The position numbers were made by a program, and so were the translations under genes. A DNA stretch of 64,000 bases from Scyliorhinus canicula (lineage: Eukaryota), in contig NC_052151.1 of NCBI RefSeq assembly GCF_902713615.1, positions 151,733,050 through 151,797,049 of the forward strand, in the 5' to 3' direction. Positions 36,419 through 48,782 of this stretch are shown in pieces. Each line of letters begins with the position of its first letter. Within the stretch, counting starts at the first letter, position 1. The notes below the pieces were generated by a model. That model ran no database searches. It was given only the letters and a program-made list of their open reading frames with translations, and was not told the origin of the DNA.

Positions 36419-37755
36419 TGTAAGGACCCTCTTGTTAATTTCTGTTTATTCCTTGTTTAGTCTCTTTATTTTCTTTTGTTTTGGATTTTGTAATTTTTGT
36501 ACTAGGACAATTACTGGGACTTACACCTTTAAGATAGACTTCACCTCTAATTTTAAGAAAAGGAGGGGCGGCACGGCAGTGCAGTGGTTAGCACTGCTGC
36601 CTCATGGCACCGAGGACCCGGGTTCGATCCCAGCCCTGGGTCACTGTCTGTGTGGAGTTTGCACATTCCCCCATGTCGGTGTGGGTCTCACTCCCACAAC
36701 TCAAATAAGTGCAGGGAAGGTGGATTGGCCATACAAAAATTTACCTTAATTGGAAATGATTACAAAAAAAGAATCCAACAGGATGTGCTGGCATCGGTGA
36801 TGACTCACCTTGATGGACTTGGCTGTCGGCCAATGAGCTGTTTACTTTGCTGGATTCTCAGCTATGCAGATTGGTGCTAACCGTTCTGGAATGTTCTGTC
36901 AGTGCCAGGCAGGCTTCATCTGGTTTTTAGTTTTGGTTTGATCAATAAACTGGAGGGCGACAACCCTCATCTCTCTGTCTCTTACCTAATGGACTCTGTT
37001 TTAAATTTCAAAGTAAGGACCTTTCTCTCTTTACAGTCAGATTGAATTGTAAGAAAGCTCTGTCAAGCAGCAGCTGCAGGCAGGACCAGTTTTTTAAAGA
37101 ACCCTCTTTAAAATCTTTTGTTGGTAACTCTTTTTTTCCTCAGTAAAGCTAGAGGGTATTCTGTTAGAGTTGGAAACAAATAAGAATTACACAGGCCTGA
37201 GTCAGGTCTTCTGAGTGAAGGCCCAGCTTAATAAAATTGAAAGTGACTTCCTAGGGGGAATCCCACAGTCTGAGGATTCAGACTGAATGTTCCAGCCGGA
37301 AGATTCTCATCAGCCATCCGACCGGTGGTTCTCAATCACTCCAAACCTTGGAAGAACAGTCAGCAGAAAAAAACAACTTCTACATCCGAAGCAAGAACAC
37401 TCATCTATCATTTCAAATTAATCCTCTTTTATTTTTCCCCTCCACTCCCTCTGCGTGTGTATGTCTAGTATGTTGAGGTAGAGGGTGGGACAGTAAAAAA
37501 AAGGGGGGGGGGGGAGTAGTAAATTATCTGGCCATTATTCTAGTATAATTATTGCATGCCTTATCTCTATTGTTGTTAGAAATAAACGGTTGTTGTTTTC
37601 AATTACAAACCTGGTGCCTGTAAGTCATTGGAGCAGTTGTCAAGGGCCAAAGATCTCGGAAACTTTACACAAATTATAGACTAATTCATTTGTGTTGGGA
37701 CTCCAGGGCCTGTGAGGCTGGAATTGATCACGCACTAGCCCAGGATGTTGTAACA
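36419..37755 (+). mobile_element. Long solo LTR in RSAD2 intron 2, carrying a nested SINE (~36566-36760)
   Basis: TGTAA...TAACA termini, 4-bp TSD CAAA (36415-36418 and 37756-37759), AATAAA at ~37581. Confidence 0.7.
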
Positions 37756-38372
37756 CAAAGTACTTGCCCAATGATGCATTTGATCATTATATGGCTTGAT
37801 TTGGCATCAAGCCACACAGGACGGTAGAAATAAGACTCAACAAGATGCCAGCTTCAATATTAGATAAGTCTGTTTGGGTGGAATGTTTGATAAGGGCATG
37901 CCAACATATCTAAGTATAGAATACCTTTCCTGAATCCTGTTGTTCAACACTTTGAGCTCATATAGATGAGGTAGATATGAGAATGAATTTCTAGTTTTAC
38001 TATAATAACTACATTTACTCATAACCCCATTAAAAAATGGTAATTAATGTCAGCTCAAGGGCACTGATGTCCGTTGTTTGATCAGATTGTACCGTAGACA
38101 TTGGACGATCTATCTCAATGAATCCCCACTAAGTGAGTTCAAGTTTTACTGGGGTAGGTGCCTCAAGCACCTTTGAGAGAAGGAACATTTTCGACCAGCT
38201 TGGTTCCAGATCAGAATTTGTATAGACCAGAGCTGCTTTTTTGTAAGATGGTGCTAGGTGGTGTTTTTAGACACATTACTGTAACAAAGAGAATCGACAA
38301 CTTGTCATCTGGTTTTTTAAAAATCTATATGGCTGCAGCTCAGCACTTAACCATAAAACATTGATGTTACAG

Positions 38373-38602
38373 GTAAGGATTTGGACATTTTGGCTGTTTC
38401 ATGTGACAGTTTTGAAGAGGACACTAATCGTCTGATAGGCCGTGGGCAGGGGAACAAAAATCACATCGAGAACCTCCTCAAGGTCAGAACATGGTGCAAG
38501 GACTACAAAGTGGCCTTTAAAATCAACTCTGTCTGCAACAGATTCAATGTTGAAGAGGATATGAATGAACAAATCAGGATGTTGAATCCAGTAAGATGGA
38601 AG
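38373..38602 (+). CDS. RSAD2: RSAD2 coding exon 3 (230 nt)
   Basis: tacag|GT AAG GAT TTG GAC; translates [11 protein letters not shown]...[10 protein letters not shown]...LNPVRWK. Donor AAG|GTAATT. Confidence 0.94.
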
Positions 38603-40150
38603 GTAATTCAATTAAGTCACATTTCATGATTTCAGTCACAAGCTATTTAATGTAAGAATATGGTGGATTGGGGTCGAATTCTAGTGTAACTGTGACAAGG
38701 AGAACTCTTTTGAATAAGAAGAACTGGTCCAAAAATCCTTAGCTGGTGGGCACGGTCTTCTGCCCATCGGAAAATGTGGAATAACTAGCTTGAGTGTATA
38801 TCACTCAGCTTCCCTGGAAATCCACCTTGAAATCTCATTGCTGCCAATGGAACAGGGCGTTTTTTTGTTCCTGAAAAGAAATGTAGCCGCTAGGAAAACC
38901 TATTAAAAGTTAATATTGGTTTTGTTTGCATCTGGCCTATAGCATCTTCACGTCTCAGCTGAAGTGTAGAAAGAATTTTCAAACCAAATTAATACGACTT
39001 CAATTTGGGCAACATGGTTAGTTTAACTTTAGAGAATGAAGGGAGCTATTATTTATCTTCAGAGCTTTTTATTTCCATTTGCCTTCATTGTGGGTGTGAG
39101 TGTTGATAGCGTTATGACAGCATAATGCTGTGAGTCTCAATGGCTCAATTTGAGTTGTTCTCTACTTGTTTAGCGATGCCCATTTTTGACATTTCCCCTT
39201 CTAATAGTGAGAACATATATATATGTTTTCAAAAATAAAGAAGACCACCAAAGGGGCAGGGGAAGTAAAGTTTCATTTGGAATATCCTATTGCCTTTGAA
39301 TGTAAATGTGTCCATGTATAAATTTTGAATTGAAATGGCAGGGAGTGGGCTTCATCAGAAAGCCCTATTCAGTTGTGCTGACCACAGCGGGTGGGCAGCA
39401 TGAACGAAAAGCATGTTCCAGCCTCGGTGTGCCCTGAATGTTAATATTGGACTGGGGTGGTGATTTTGTAACTGATAATTCATCACATTCTCATTATGTG
39501 TCTGTGATCTACCTTCTTTCAAATCCTGTTGAAAATGATTGAACAAATTTCTCCTTTCTCTGTGGTTGTAACCATAGAATTATAGACTCCCTACAGTGCA
39601 GAAGGAGGCCATTTGGCCCATCAAGTTTGCACCAACCCTCCAAAAGAGCACCCTACTTCGGCCCAATTCCCCTTAAATCCACCTAATGGTTGCACACTAA
39701 GGGGCAATTTAAATTAGCAAATCGACCAAGTCTTTGGACCCTGGAAATAAATCAGAGTGTCCTGAGGAAACCCACGCAGACACAGGGAGAATGTGCAAAC
39801 TCCACACAGACAGTCACCCAAGGCTGGAATCGAACGTGAGTCCCTGGCACTGTGAGGCAGCAGTACTAACCATTGTGTCAGCGTGTTCTGAAAGCGTTAT
39901 GAAATTTGTTTTTTTGCAGTTTAATCCAATGGGTTCAAATGCGTAGCAGAACACTGCTCATAACTTAGTACAACCTGGCAATAATTAGGTAGTTTTGTAT
40001 AGATAGGTCACTGGAACTGCTGGTCTATGAAATACCGATAAAATACACTGTATAGTCCCGCTGGTAACTAGAGAACACATAATGGAAGTATCACATGAAT
40101 ATGTTTGTGATATTGAGTTCTGTATATTGCATTTATTTTATTCAATGCAG

Positions 40151-40300
40151 GTATTCCAGTGCTTATTGATTGAAGGGGAGAATGCTGGAGAAGAAGCCCT
40201 GAGACATGCAGAAACATTTATTATCAGCAGCGAAGCTTTTCAGAAATTTTTGGAGAGGCATAAAGAGATTAAGTGCCTCGTGCCTGAATCAAATGAGAAG
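40151..40300 (+). CDS. RSAD2: RSAD2 coding exon 4 (150 nt)
   Basis: tgcag|GTA TTC CAG; translates [13 protein letters not shown]...CLVPESNEK. Donor AAG|GTAAAA. Confidence 0.96.
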
Positions 40301-41905
40301 GTAAAATGTCGTAGGAATAGAAACAAAACTTGGGAGTACCACTTGAGTCGTGAAATTAGTTGAGAGAAGCGACTTGAGCTTTGCTTTACATTTATGACCA
40401 CCAGCCATCAGCTTCCACCTTCTGTGAAAAGTGATTCATTTCCTACATATCTACTGTCATAGATTTAGCTTTGTCTTCACCACTGGCAGTTGGCAGTAGA
40501 CCTGGTGCTATATATGACAGCTGCAGTCACATCTGGGACCTGAGTATATCATTATAATATAAGTATGAACAGCTGATGGTATACTTTTGTGATTTCAAAT
40601 GAATAAAACTTATATATAAATAATGAAACACTCCATAGTATTTCACAGAGGCAAAATTAAACAAAATATGACACAGAACCAAATAGCTAGGAAATATTCA
40701 GGCAGACGATTAAAAGCATAGTCACATAGGTAGGTTTGAAGGAGTGGCTTAAAGGAGGAAAAGGAAGTAGAGATGCAGAGAGGTTTGGGGAGGAAATTTT
40801 AGAGCTTAGGGTAGCTGAAGGTAGAGCCACTAATGGTGGTGTGATTAAAATCAGGCGTGCTCAAGATACCTCAATTAGAGGAGATCATATATTTCCATAG
40901 AATCCCTACAGTGCAGAAGGAAATCATTTGGCCCATCGAGTCTGCACCGATCCTCCCAAAGAGCACTCTACCTAAGCCCACTCCTCCGCCCTATCCCTGT
41001 AACCCCACCTAACCTGCTCATTTTTGGACACTAAGGGGCAATTTAGCATGGCCAATCCATCTAACGTACACATATTTGACTCTGGGAGGAAACCGGAGCA
41101 CCCAAAGGAAACCCACGCAGACATGGGGAGAATTCTCAAACTCCACAGAGTCACCCAAGGCAATAGAATGGATAAGTGTTTCAGTAGCAGAGGCGGAAGC
41201 AGGCAGTTACAAAGATTGATTGTCCCAATGGCATAAAGCAAAAAATAGACCATTTGGCCCAATCAGTTCATGCAGACATTTATGCTCCCTATGAGCCTAC
41301 TCCCATCTTTCCTCAACTGACACTGTAAACTTATATTCCATTCTCCCTCATTTGCTTGTCCAAAATGCAACTATAATAATCGCTTCAACCACTTCTTGTC
41401 ACTCTACGTGATAACAAGTTCCACATTTCACCACTTTTTGGGTAAATAAGTTTCTTCTGAATTCTCTATTGAATGTCATAGATATGTGGTTGAAAACTGA
41501 TCTCAAGGGAAAATAGTCAATCCCCTCCAAAGATTAATCTCAAATTTGGGACATGTCCCTAGTACATCCATATACCTAGGTTTCAATAGGTGCTGTTCAT
41601 ATAAGCATACTTATGCTAAATCTAAGAATTGTGCAATCCCTTGTCACTCTTTCTGTTGTTGACTCTTGTTGGCCTTTGCAGGTGTCCACACTAATATGTT
41701 AATATTATCTGCTAATATAATATATTACAGCTAATATTATCCTTGGACATTTTTCTGCACTACTGCTTCAGTCTTTGTGTTCTTTACATTGAAGTTGTTT
41801 TGAATTTTTCACATATTCCTCTGGAATTTATTTTAAACATGTGGCATTTCTGTTGAGCAAATAGGGTGGCTGTGTTCCTAATTCATGTGTGTGCTCTCTC
41901 CACAG

Positions 41906-41938
41906 ATGCGAGATTCGTACCTCATCCTTGATGAATAT
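41906..41938 (+). CDS. RSAD2: RSAD2 coding exon 5 (33-nt micro-exon, absent from ORF track)
   Basis: ctctctccacag|ATG CGA GAT TCG TAC CTC ATC CTT GAT GAA TAT|gtgagt = MRDSYLILDEY, the conserved viperin segment. Confidence 0.95.
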
Positions 41939-43456
41939 GTGAGTACTCTTATTACATCTGACTGAATACAGTGCTGTCCTGTCAAGTTCCTATTGTTACT
42001 GCCTGTGCAATAAAAGTGCATATAAAATTTGCTGCTGCACGATCATTTCCATGTAAAAAAATTGTTACTATAATACAACATAAAGATGCTCACACCAGTT
42101 AAACTGCATGAGAACAATAATTTAAAGAGGTTGCTGGAAGTAAATTCAAAATCACCTTCAGAAGGGAATTGGACGTCTACTTCAAATATGAAGGCAGAGA
42201 AATTGGCCTAACCAGATAGTTCTTTCCAATAACCAGCACAGGCATTGTGAACCAAATGACCTCCTTCTATGATGTATGATTCTATATAATTATATTTTAT
42301 GTAGAATTACACTTAGATAGAGCAGAAGGATGATAGTCAATTTCATGCAGAACTGTGGTGCTCACACCCTTGTTTTACTAGAGTACACTACTTGTTTGAG
42401 TAGTGTAATATGTTTAATTTATGATGATTCTATATCTGAGAAATGTGGGTGAATGAAATGAGTGGACTCGATAAATCATTGAAGGGAGAATGACAGGTAA
42501 ACAGCTTCCAAAAGTATATCCATCATTATACACATGATAAATCTAATACAAATACTCACAAATTGTTTTTTTATTGGAAAATTATCAAACCTTTTGAAAT
42601 GGCAGGGATAATCTGAAGGTTAAAACTTGCATGGAAACTTGTAACGTTCATGTGTCTTCTAAAGTGACATGTTTAAAAATTGAAATAGGTGATAGTAACT
42701 GATATTTATTTATAGAAAGGACAAATATATGCAATCGGTGTAATTCCAGGCTACCTTCTTACATTTTAGTTGTCACACTGAAATGAAATAACACTGTCAT
42801 GTTCCTTTCCATTTGGCATCACAATGAAGCTCAATTGTTTCTTATGTGCACCAGTCTCCGGATATTGAAAATAAAAGAGTCAATATTGCAAGATGATACG
42901 ATAATTTCTTTGTTCTGAGCTTGACTGTCCAAGTCTCCTACAAACTCCCCAAACGTAGCATTAAGTGTTGAAATTTGTTTGAATTCTCAGAATACAGTGG
43001 ATTCACTGAGGACCAGGCAAATAATGCAGACACACACACACAAATGAACAAATTGGAGCATCTTAAAATCTGAATTTGCTTTTAAATAGATTCTAGAAAG
43101 TAACAAATTCACAGTTCTTACTTGTTGGAGGAGCAAAAATTATAAGCATACAAATGAACTGAAACTTACTTCAACAGTGACATAAAACAGGCAATGTCAG
43201 AAATGCTGCCTGTTAGATGAACTGACTGATTATTCTTTGCATTGAAGTCAATGCTTAAAGGGACCCAACGTCACCTATTTTACATTTTCATCAAAGTAAA
43301 AGTTCAAACTATCATCGTCTTTGGAATGAAAATTTGATGGAACTCAGAGATGAAGCAACCAACAGATCTTACAGATGATATGTACGTATAGTTCATGTAA
43401 GAATTTTATAATTCCCAATTTTTAACTTCCCTCTCTGTTTTCTAAATATTTTTCAG

Positions 43457-43621
43457 ATGCGCTTCTTAGATTGTACTCAAGGCAGAAAAGATCCATCCAA
43501 ATCTATCTTGGATGTAGGAGTCGAGAATGCTATCAAATTTAGTGGGTTTGATGAGAAGATGTTTTTTAAACGTGGGGGTAAATATATCTGGAGCAAAGCA
43601 GATATGCACTTGGAATGGTAA
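43457..43621 (+). CDS. RSAD2: RSAD2 coding exon 6 (last, 165 nt including TAA)
   Basis: tttttcag|ATG CGC TTC; translates [22 protein letters not shown]...[24 protein letters not shown], ending in the conserved terminal Trp. Exons total 1044 nt = 347 aa + stop. Confidence 0.96.
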   Translation: MRFLDCTQGRKDPSKSILDVGVENAIKFSGFDEKMFFKRGGKYIWSKADMHLEW

Positions 43622-45440
43622 CTGACTGTTGTTCTACATTCTTGCTTGTACAGCCGATGAACAATGTTCATGTTATATACTTTGTGTATTTATGAAACGT
43701 TGCAGTATTTCAGACGATAATAATTGCTGAAAAGGTCAGTCAATTCTATGTCTTTTCAACTACACCATAGTTACACATAGCAATACGGAAGGAACTTCTT
43801 GTACACATAAAACTTGCACTAGTTGTAATGAAATGTGGTACTTACAACAGAGCAACAAAAAATTACTGCAAAAGATGTATTTATTTTTCTCTTCGTTTTG
43901 CAATCATTTCAGAAATGCTCAAAAGATTTTTATTGATTGGATTATAATGAATTGCTAACCGAGGGTTTAGAAACAAGATTTTGTGCTTTGTGCATCCTGA
44001 GAAAACAATGTTGACAAGCAGGATACCATTCATTTCCACATCTGGAAAGAATAGTCAACTGAAATATGGACTAATACGTTTTGGGAGATTGACTGTATTT
44101 TGAATGGTTTATGTTTTTATTACATTTCAACAGAGATGACCTGAAAGAACCATCAAAATGTGGCATTAATGGTTCAGGTATTTTTTTTAAAAACTCCTCA
44201 ATAACCTATTTTTAAAGTAAAAGATCAAAAAATAGTTTTCACAATGATAAAGTTGTGGTGTGTATTTTCAATGTGGCCATTATTTTTAATACAGAGAATT
44301 ATTATTTCTACATCACTATAATAATAGTGTAGCTTTTTTCATTTAAAAAAAAATACTGAATGTTTGAATTGGATTAATACAAAATGCAAAGCACTTCATA
44401 GTATATATTGGATGGAATTTTCCTCATGTTTCTCACCAAACACAATTAAGGTTTACTCCAAATCTTCGAACATTCCATCAAAAAAAGCAAGGGGTTGTGA
44501 TTTGCATCGTCATTCTGGTAGGGCAGGGCCCCAGAGCGGGCAAACCCAACTCCACAGAGATCAGGGTACCATTTTGAAAGGGCTGCCTGATCTCAAAGTG
44601 AAGTGGGAAAATCACCTACTCCCCCGGACCCTTTGCAGACAATGGGAACACCCCCAATTCTCCAACACAGAGGGCCAATCTCTCCCCCACTTCCCTTACA
44701 TCACACAGGCACCAGTGTGACCCTTCTCCCCCTCCTCTTTGACACTGGACCATCCCCATTCTGTCTCAGCGTCCTCCCCACCGTGCAGGCAAAATCTTCC
44801 CTTGCCCCACCATCGCCTGCAACAGGGCATCTCCCCCCCCCCTCCCATCGCCAGCCTTGGGGCATCCCACAAAATGGAAAATCCCCCCCCCCCGACTCCC
44901 CCAATGGTTGGCACTGCACCTGCCTGGCCATGTCCCTCACAAGTCTCCAAGCCCTCGGCATGGTTAACATGACTGGTTTGTGTTTTTCAAAGCCAGCAGT
45001 GATTCCATCCGGTAGCCCATCACATCGGCAGCGTGGATCACCTGAACACCCCAGTAGCAACAGCAATAAACCATTGATGAATACTTAAATTAATTTAAAT
45101 TCACGGTAACCCCCTGAACCTGCTTACGTTCAGTGGGGAGGACCTGGGAACATCGCGTTCAGACTTCTCACCAGCGCAGGTCCCGTTTTTGACCTCTTGC
45201 GAGAGTTAGCGGCCATTACGGGATTTATCCCCGTGATGAACAGGCCCAGTAAATCGCAGCCACTGTCTATTCTGTCAATTCACAGTGAATAATCACCTTA
45301 CTATTAAATTGCGACCATTTGTTTGAACAGAAAAACTCAACTGTCAGAAGTTTATTTTCACTTATTTATCTGAGAAATGTTGCTGTTCCAGCAATGAATT
45401 ACGTTTTCGCTAAAGGCACTGTTGGACTATCTTGATAAAT

Positions 45441-45785
45441 GCAGCACGGTAGCATGGTGGTTAGCATAAATGCTTCATAGCTCCAGGGTCCCAGGTTCGA
45501 TTCCCGGCTGGGTCACTGTCTGTGCGGAGTCTGCACGTCCTCCCCGTGTGTGCGTGGGTTTCCTCCGGGTGCTCCGGTTTCCTCCCACAGTCCAAAGATG
45601 TGCGGGTTAGGTGGATTGGCTATGCTAAATTTCTCTTAGTGTCCTAAAAAAATAAGGTTAATGGGGGGGGGTTCTTGGGTTACTGGTATAGGGTGGATAC
45701 AATGACTTGAGAAGGGTGATCATTTGCTCGGCACAACATCGAGGGCCGAAGGGCCTGTTCCGTGCTGTACTGTTCTATGTTCTAT
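45441..45785 (+). mobile_element. HE1/V-SINE-type SINE; further copies at ~13290-13510(-), 26769-27035(+), 30595-30790(-), 39575-39880(-), 40895-41165(-), 45862-46160(-), 59665-59868(-), 61745-61960(+)
   Basis: Shared tRNA-like head and central core; boundaries approximate. Confidence 0.8.
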
Positions 45786-47803
45786 ACCAGCTCACAGACT
45801 CATTCCAGTCCATGAGTTGGAAGCAGGTAGCACTTACGGCAAACATATATATTTTTTTTAACAATCTTTATTGTCACAAGTCGGCTTACATTAACATTAC
45901 AATGAAGTTACTGTGAAAAGCCACTTGTCACCACATTCCGGCACCTGTTCGGGTACACTGAGAGAGAATTCACAATGTCCAATTCATCTAGCAGCATGTC
46001 TTTCGGGACTTGTGGGAGGAAATCGTAGCACCCGGAGGAAACCCACACAGACATGGGGAGAACGTGCAGACGCCACACAGGCAGTGACGCAAACCGGGAA
46101 TCAAACCTGGGACCCCGATGTGAAGCAACAGTGCTGACCACTGTGCTACCATGCTGCCCAAACGGGGGAATTTACACCAAACGGGGGAATAGTGATTTGT
46201 TTCCAATCTTGGCAGTATGTAGATACAGCGAGAAGACTAGATATGAATGTGTTACAATCCCAACAAATAATGTTCATAAATTCAAAAAGAAAAAAAAAGG
46301 ATAATCTTTGGTCTTTGCTTCTTTCACTAATTTGTTTTGTTGCCTCATACGCTGCTTTTTTAAAAATCCCCCTCCGATCATCCTGGTCCTCTTCCCCCCC
46401 CCCCCCCCCCCCCCCCCCCCTCCCCTCCAGTCACCCTGGTCCTTCTTGATCCCTTTCTGTTTACCTCTTTTTCACTGCTTACTGTTCAAAATATTTTACT
46501 TCTCCTGGCCAGCTCTTTCTCTTATTTGTGAATCAACTTTCATTACATTCATTTCTGTATCTATCTCTGGAGATGCCTACTTGGCCTTATTCTGAAACTT
46601 TGTAATCAGTTATTTATTTTGCCACAATTCTAATATCCTCGATCCAAGTAATCTTCTTCACAAGCACATACTAAGCTCTTATCTACAACTGATCCAGCAG
46701 AATGCCTCTAACTTCAAAGGGATGTGTGGTATAAATGAAGTATTATTAGAATATTTAGTTAATAATGTTTGGAATTTTTGAATGTATATGAGCTTATCCA
46801 AGCTTGAGTGCAGTGGAATTGATTTATATGTTAATAGTTATGTTTTGTATATAATGACACTTGCAATATTTTGTACCAATAAGTGCGATAAAGTCCAAAT
46901 AAAGTGGAAAAATATGCAATGCCTACTTTGTATTTATTTTTTGAGGGTCTTATCAGGGAAGAGAACGCCGTCCTTTCATTTAGTCAATGTTAAGCCGAAT
47001 TTGCCCGTTGTATTTTTGTACAGTGAGCAATGGGGCTCCCAGAAAAATTGCATCAATGAAGTTATGACAGTCAAGTGGGAGAACGCACACAGAAATTCAA
47101 TGTCCAACCAAGTGGTTCCAAAACCTTCTGCTCTTGTTTCCCATTTCCAGCATCTAGTTTTATTTTAATGTTTTTTCACCTTGCTACACATAGTGAAATT
47201 CTCAACAATCCTCTAAGGTTCACATTAGACACAACATGTTTCCACTCAGGGAAGTTATTACAATTTAATGAAAATTATGTGTTTTGAAATGCATTCAAAG
47301 AAAAAAAGGTTCAATGTAGATCTTAGTGAGTACTTATTTTTTCATGTATTAAAGAAATGTCAATAAAGCATCAGAAAATGATTTGGTTTCCTACTGCGCC
47401 TAAAAATATGGCCAGACTTCGAAGAGACCCTCTGAGCAAGTGTACATGTGTTAGTTGGGAGTGGGGCCTATAGAAAAGTGACGGTTGAAGCGTGACCTTA
47501 TAGATGTGTTTAAGATTATGATCGGATCAGTAGTGTAATCACAGAAAATCTCTTTCCTTTTTTGGAGGAGTGCAAAACTAAGGGGTCATAAATATAGGAT
47601 AGCAATTAAAACATCCAATAAAAAATTAGGAGAAACAGCTTTAAGCAGGGAGTGGTTAGAATGAAACTTCCTATCACAAGTTGAGATGAATAGTATGACT
47701 ACATTAAAGCAAAAGCTACTTAAATACATGAGCAGGAAAGTAATTGTCTAATTTATTTTTATTTTGAAATTCTAGTTGTTTAAGTTTACCAAGGGTTTAA
47801 GAC

Positions 47804-48750
47804 ATGGCAGGAGATCCCAGACCGTGTCATGCTCCTCGTGTGCGATGTGGGAGCTCAGGGACACGTCCACAGTCCCTGGCTCCTTCACGTGCAAGAAGTG
47901 TGTTCAGTTGCAGCTCTTGTTAGACCGCTTGACAGCTCTGGAGCTGCGGATGGACTCACTTTGGAGCATCCGCGATGCTGAGGAGGTCGTGGATAGCACG
48001 TTTAGCGAGTTGGTCACACCGCAGGTGAAGGTTACTGAGGGAGATAGAAAATGGGTGACCAAAAGAAAGAGCAAGAGTAGGAAGGCAGTGCAGGTGTCCC
48101 CTGCGGTCATCTCCCTGCAAAACAGATATACCGCTTTGGATACTGTTGAGGGAGATGGCTCACCAGGGGAAGGCAGCAGCAGCCAGGTTCATGGCACCGT
48201 GGCTGGCTCTGCTGCACAGCAGGGCAGGAAGAAAAATGGCAGGGCTATAGTGATAGGGGACTCGATCGTAAGGGGAATAGACAGGCGGTTCTGTGGACGC
48301 AATCGAGACTCCAGGATGGTATGTTGCCTCCCTGGTGCAAGGGTCAAGGATGTCTCGGAGCGGCTGCAGGACATTCTGGGGGGGGAGGGTGAACAGCCAG
48401 CTGTCGTGGTGCACATAGGCACCAACGATATAGGTAAAAAACGGGATGAGGTCCTACAAGCGGAATTCAGGGAGTTAGGAGTTAAACTAAAAAGTAGGAC
48501 CTCAAAGGTGGTAATCTCAGGATTGCTACCAGTGCCACGAGCTAGTCAGAGTAGGAATGTCAGGATAGATAGGATGAATGCGTGGCTCGAGAGATGGTGC
48601 AAGAGGGAGGGATTCAAATTCCTGGGGCATTGGGACCGCTTCTGGGGGAGGTGGGACCAGTACAAACCGGACAGTCTGCACTTGGGCAGGACTGGAACCG
48701 ATGTCCTAGGGGGGGTGTTTTCTAGAGCTGTTGGGGAGGGTTTAAACTAA
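47804..48750 (+). pseudogene. CR1 ORF1: zinc finger/leucine zipper plus SGNH esterase
   Basis: CSSCAMW...CKKC, VIGDSIVRG, HIGTND, PDSLHL. The ATG at 47804 (MAGDPR) is one base out of frame with the long ORF, implying a frameshift. Confidence 0.85.
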
Positions 48751-48782
48751 TGTGGCAGGGGGATGGGAACCAATGCTGAAAG

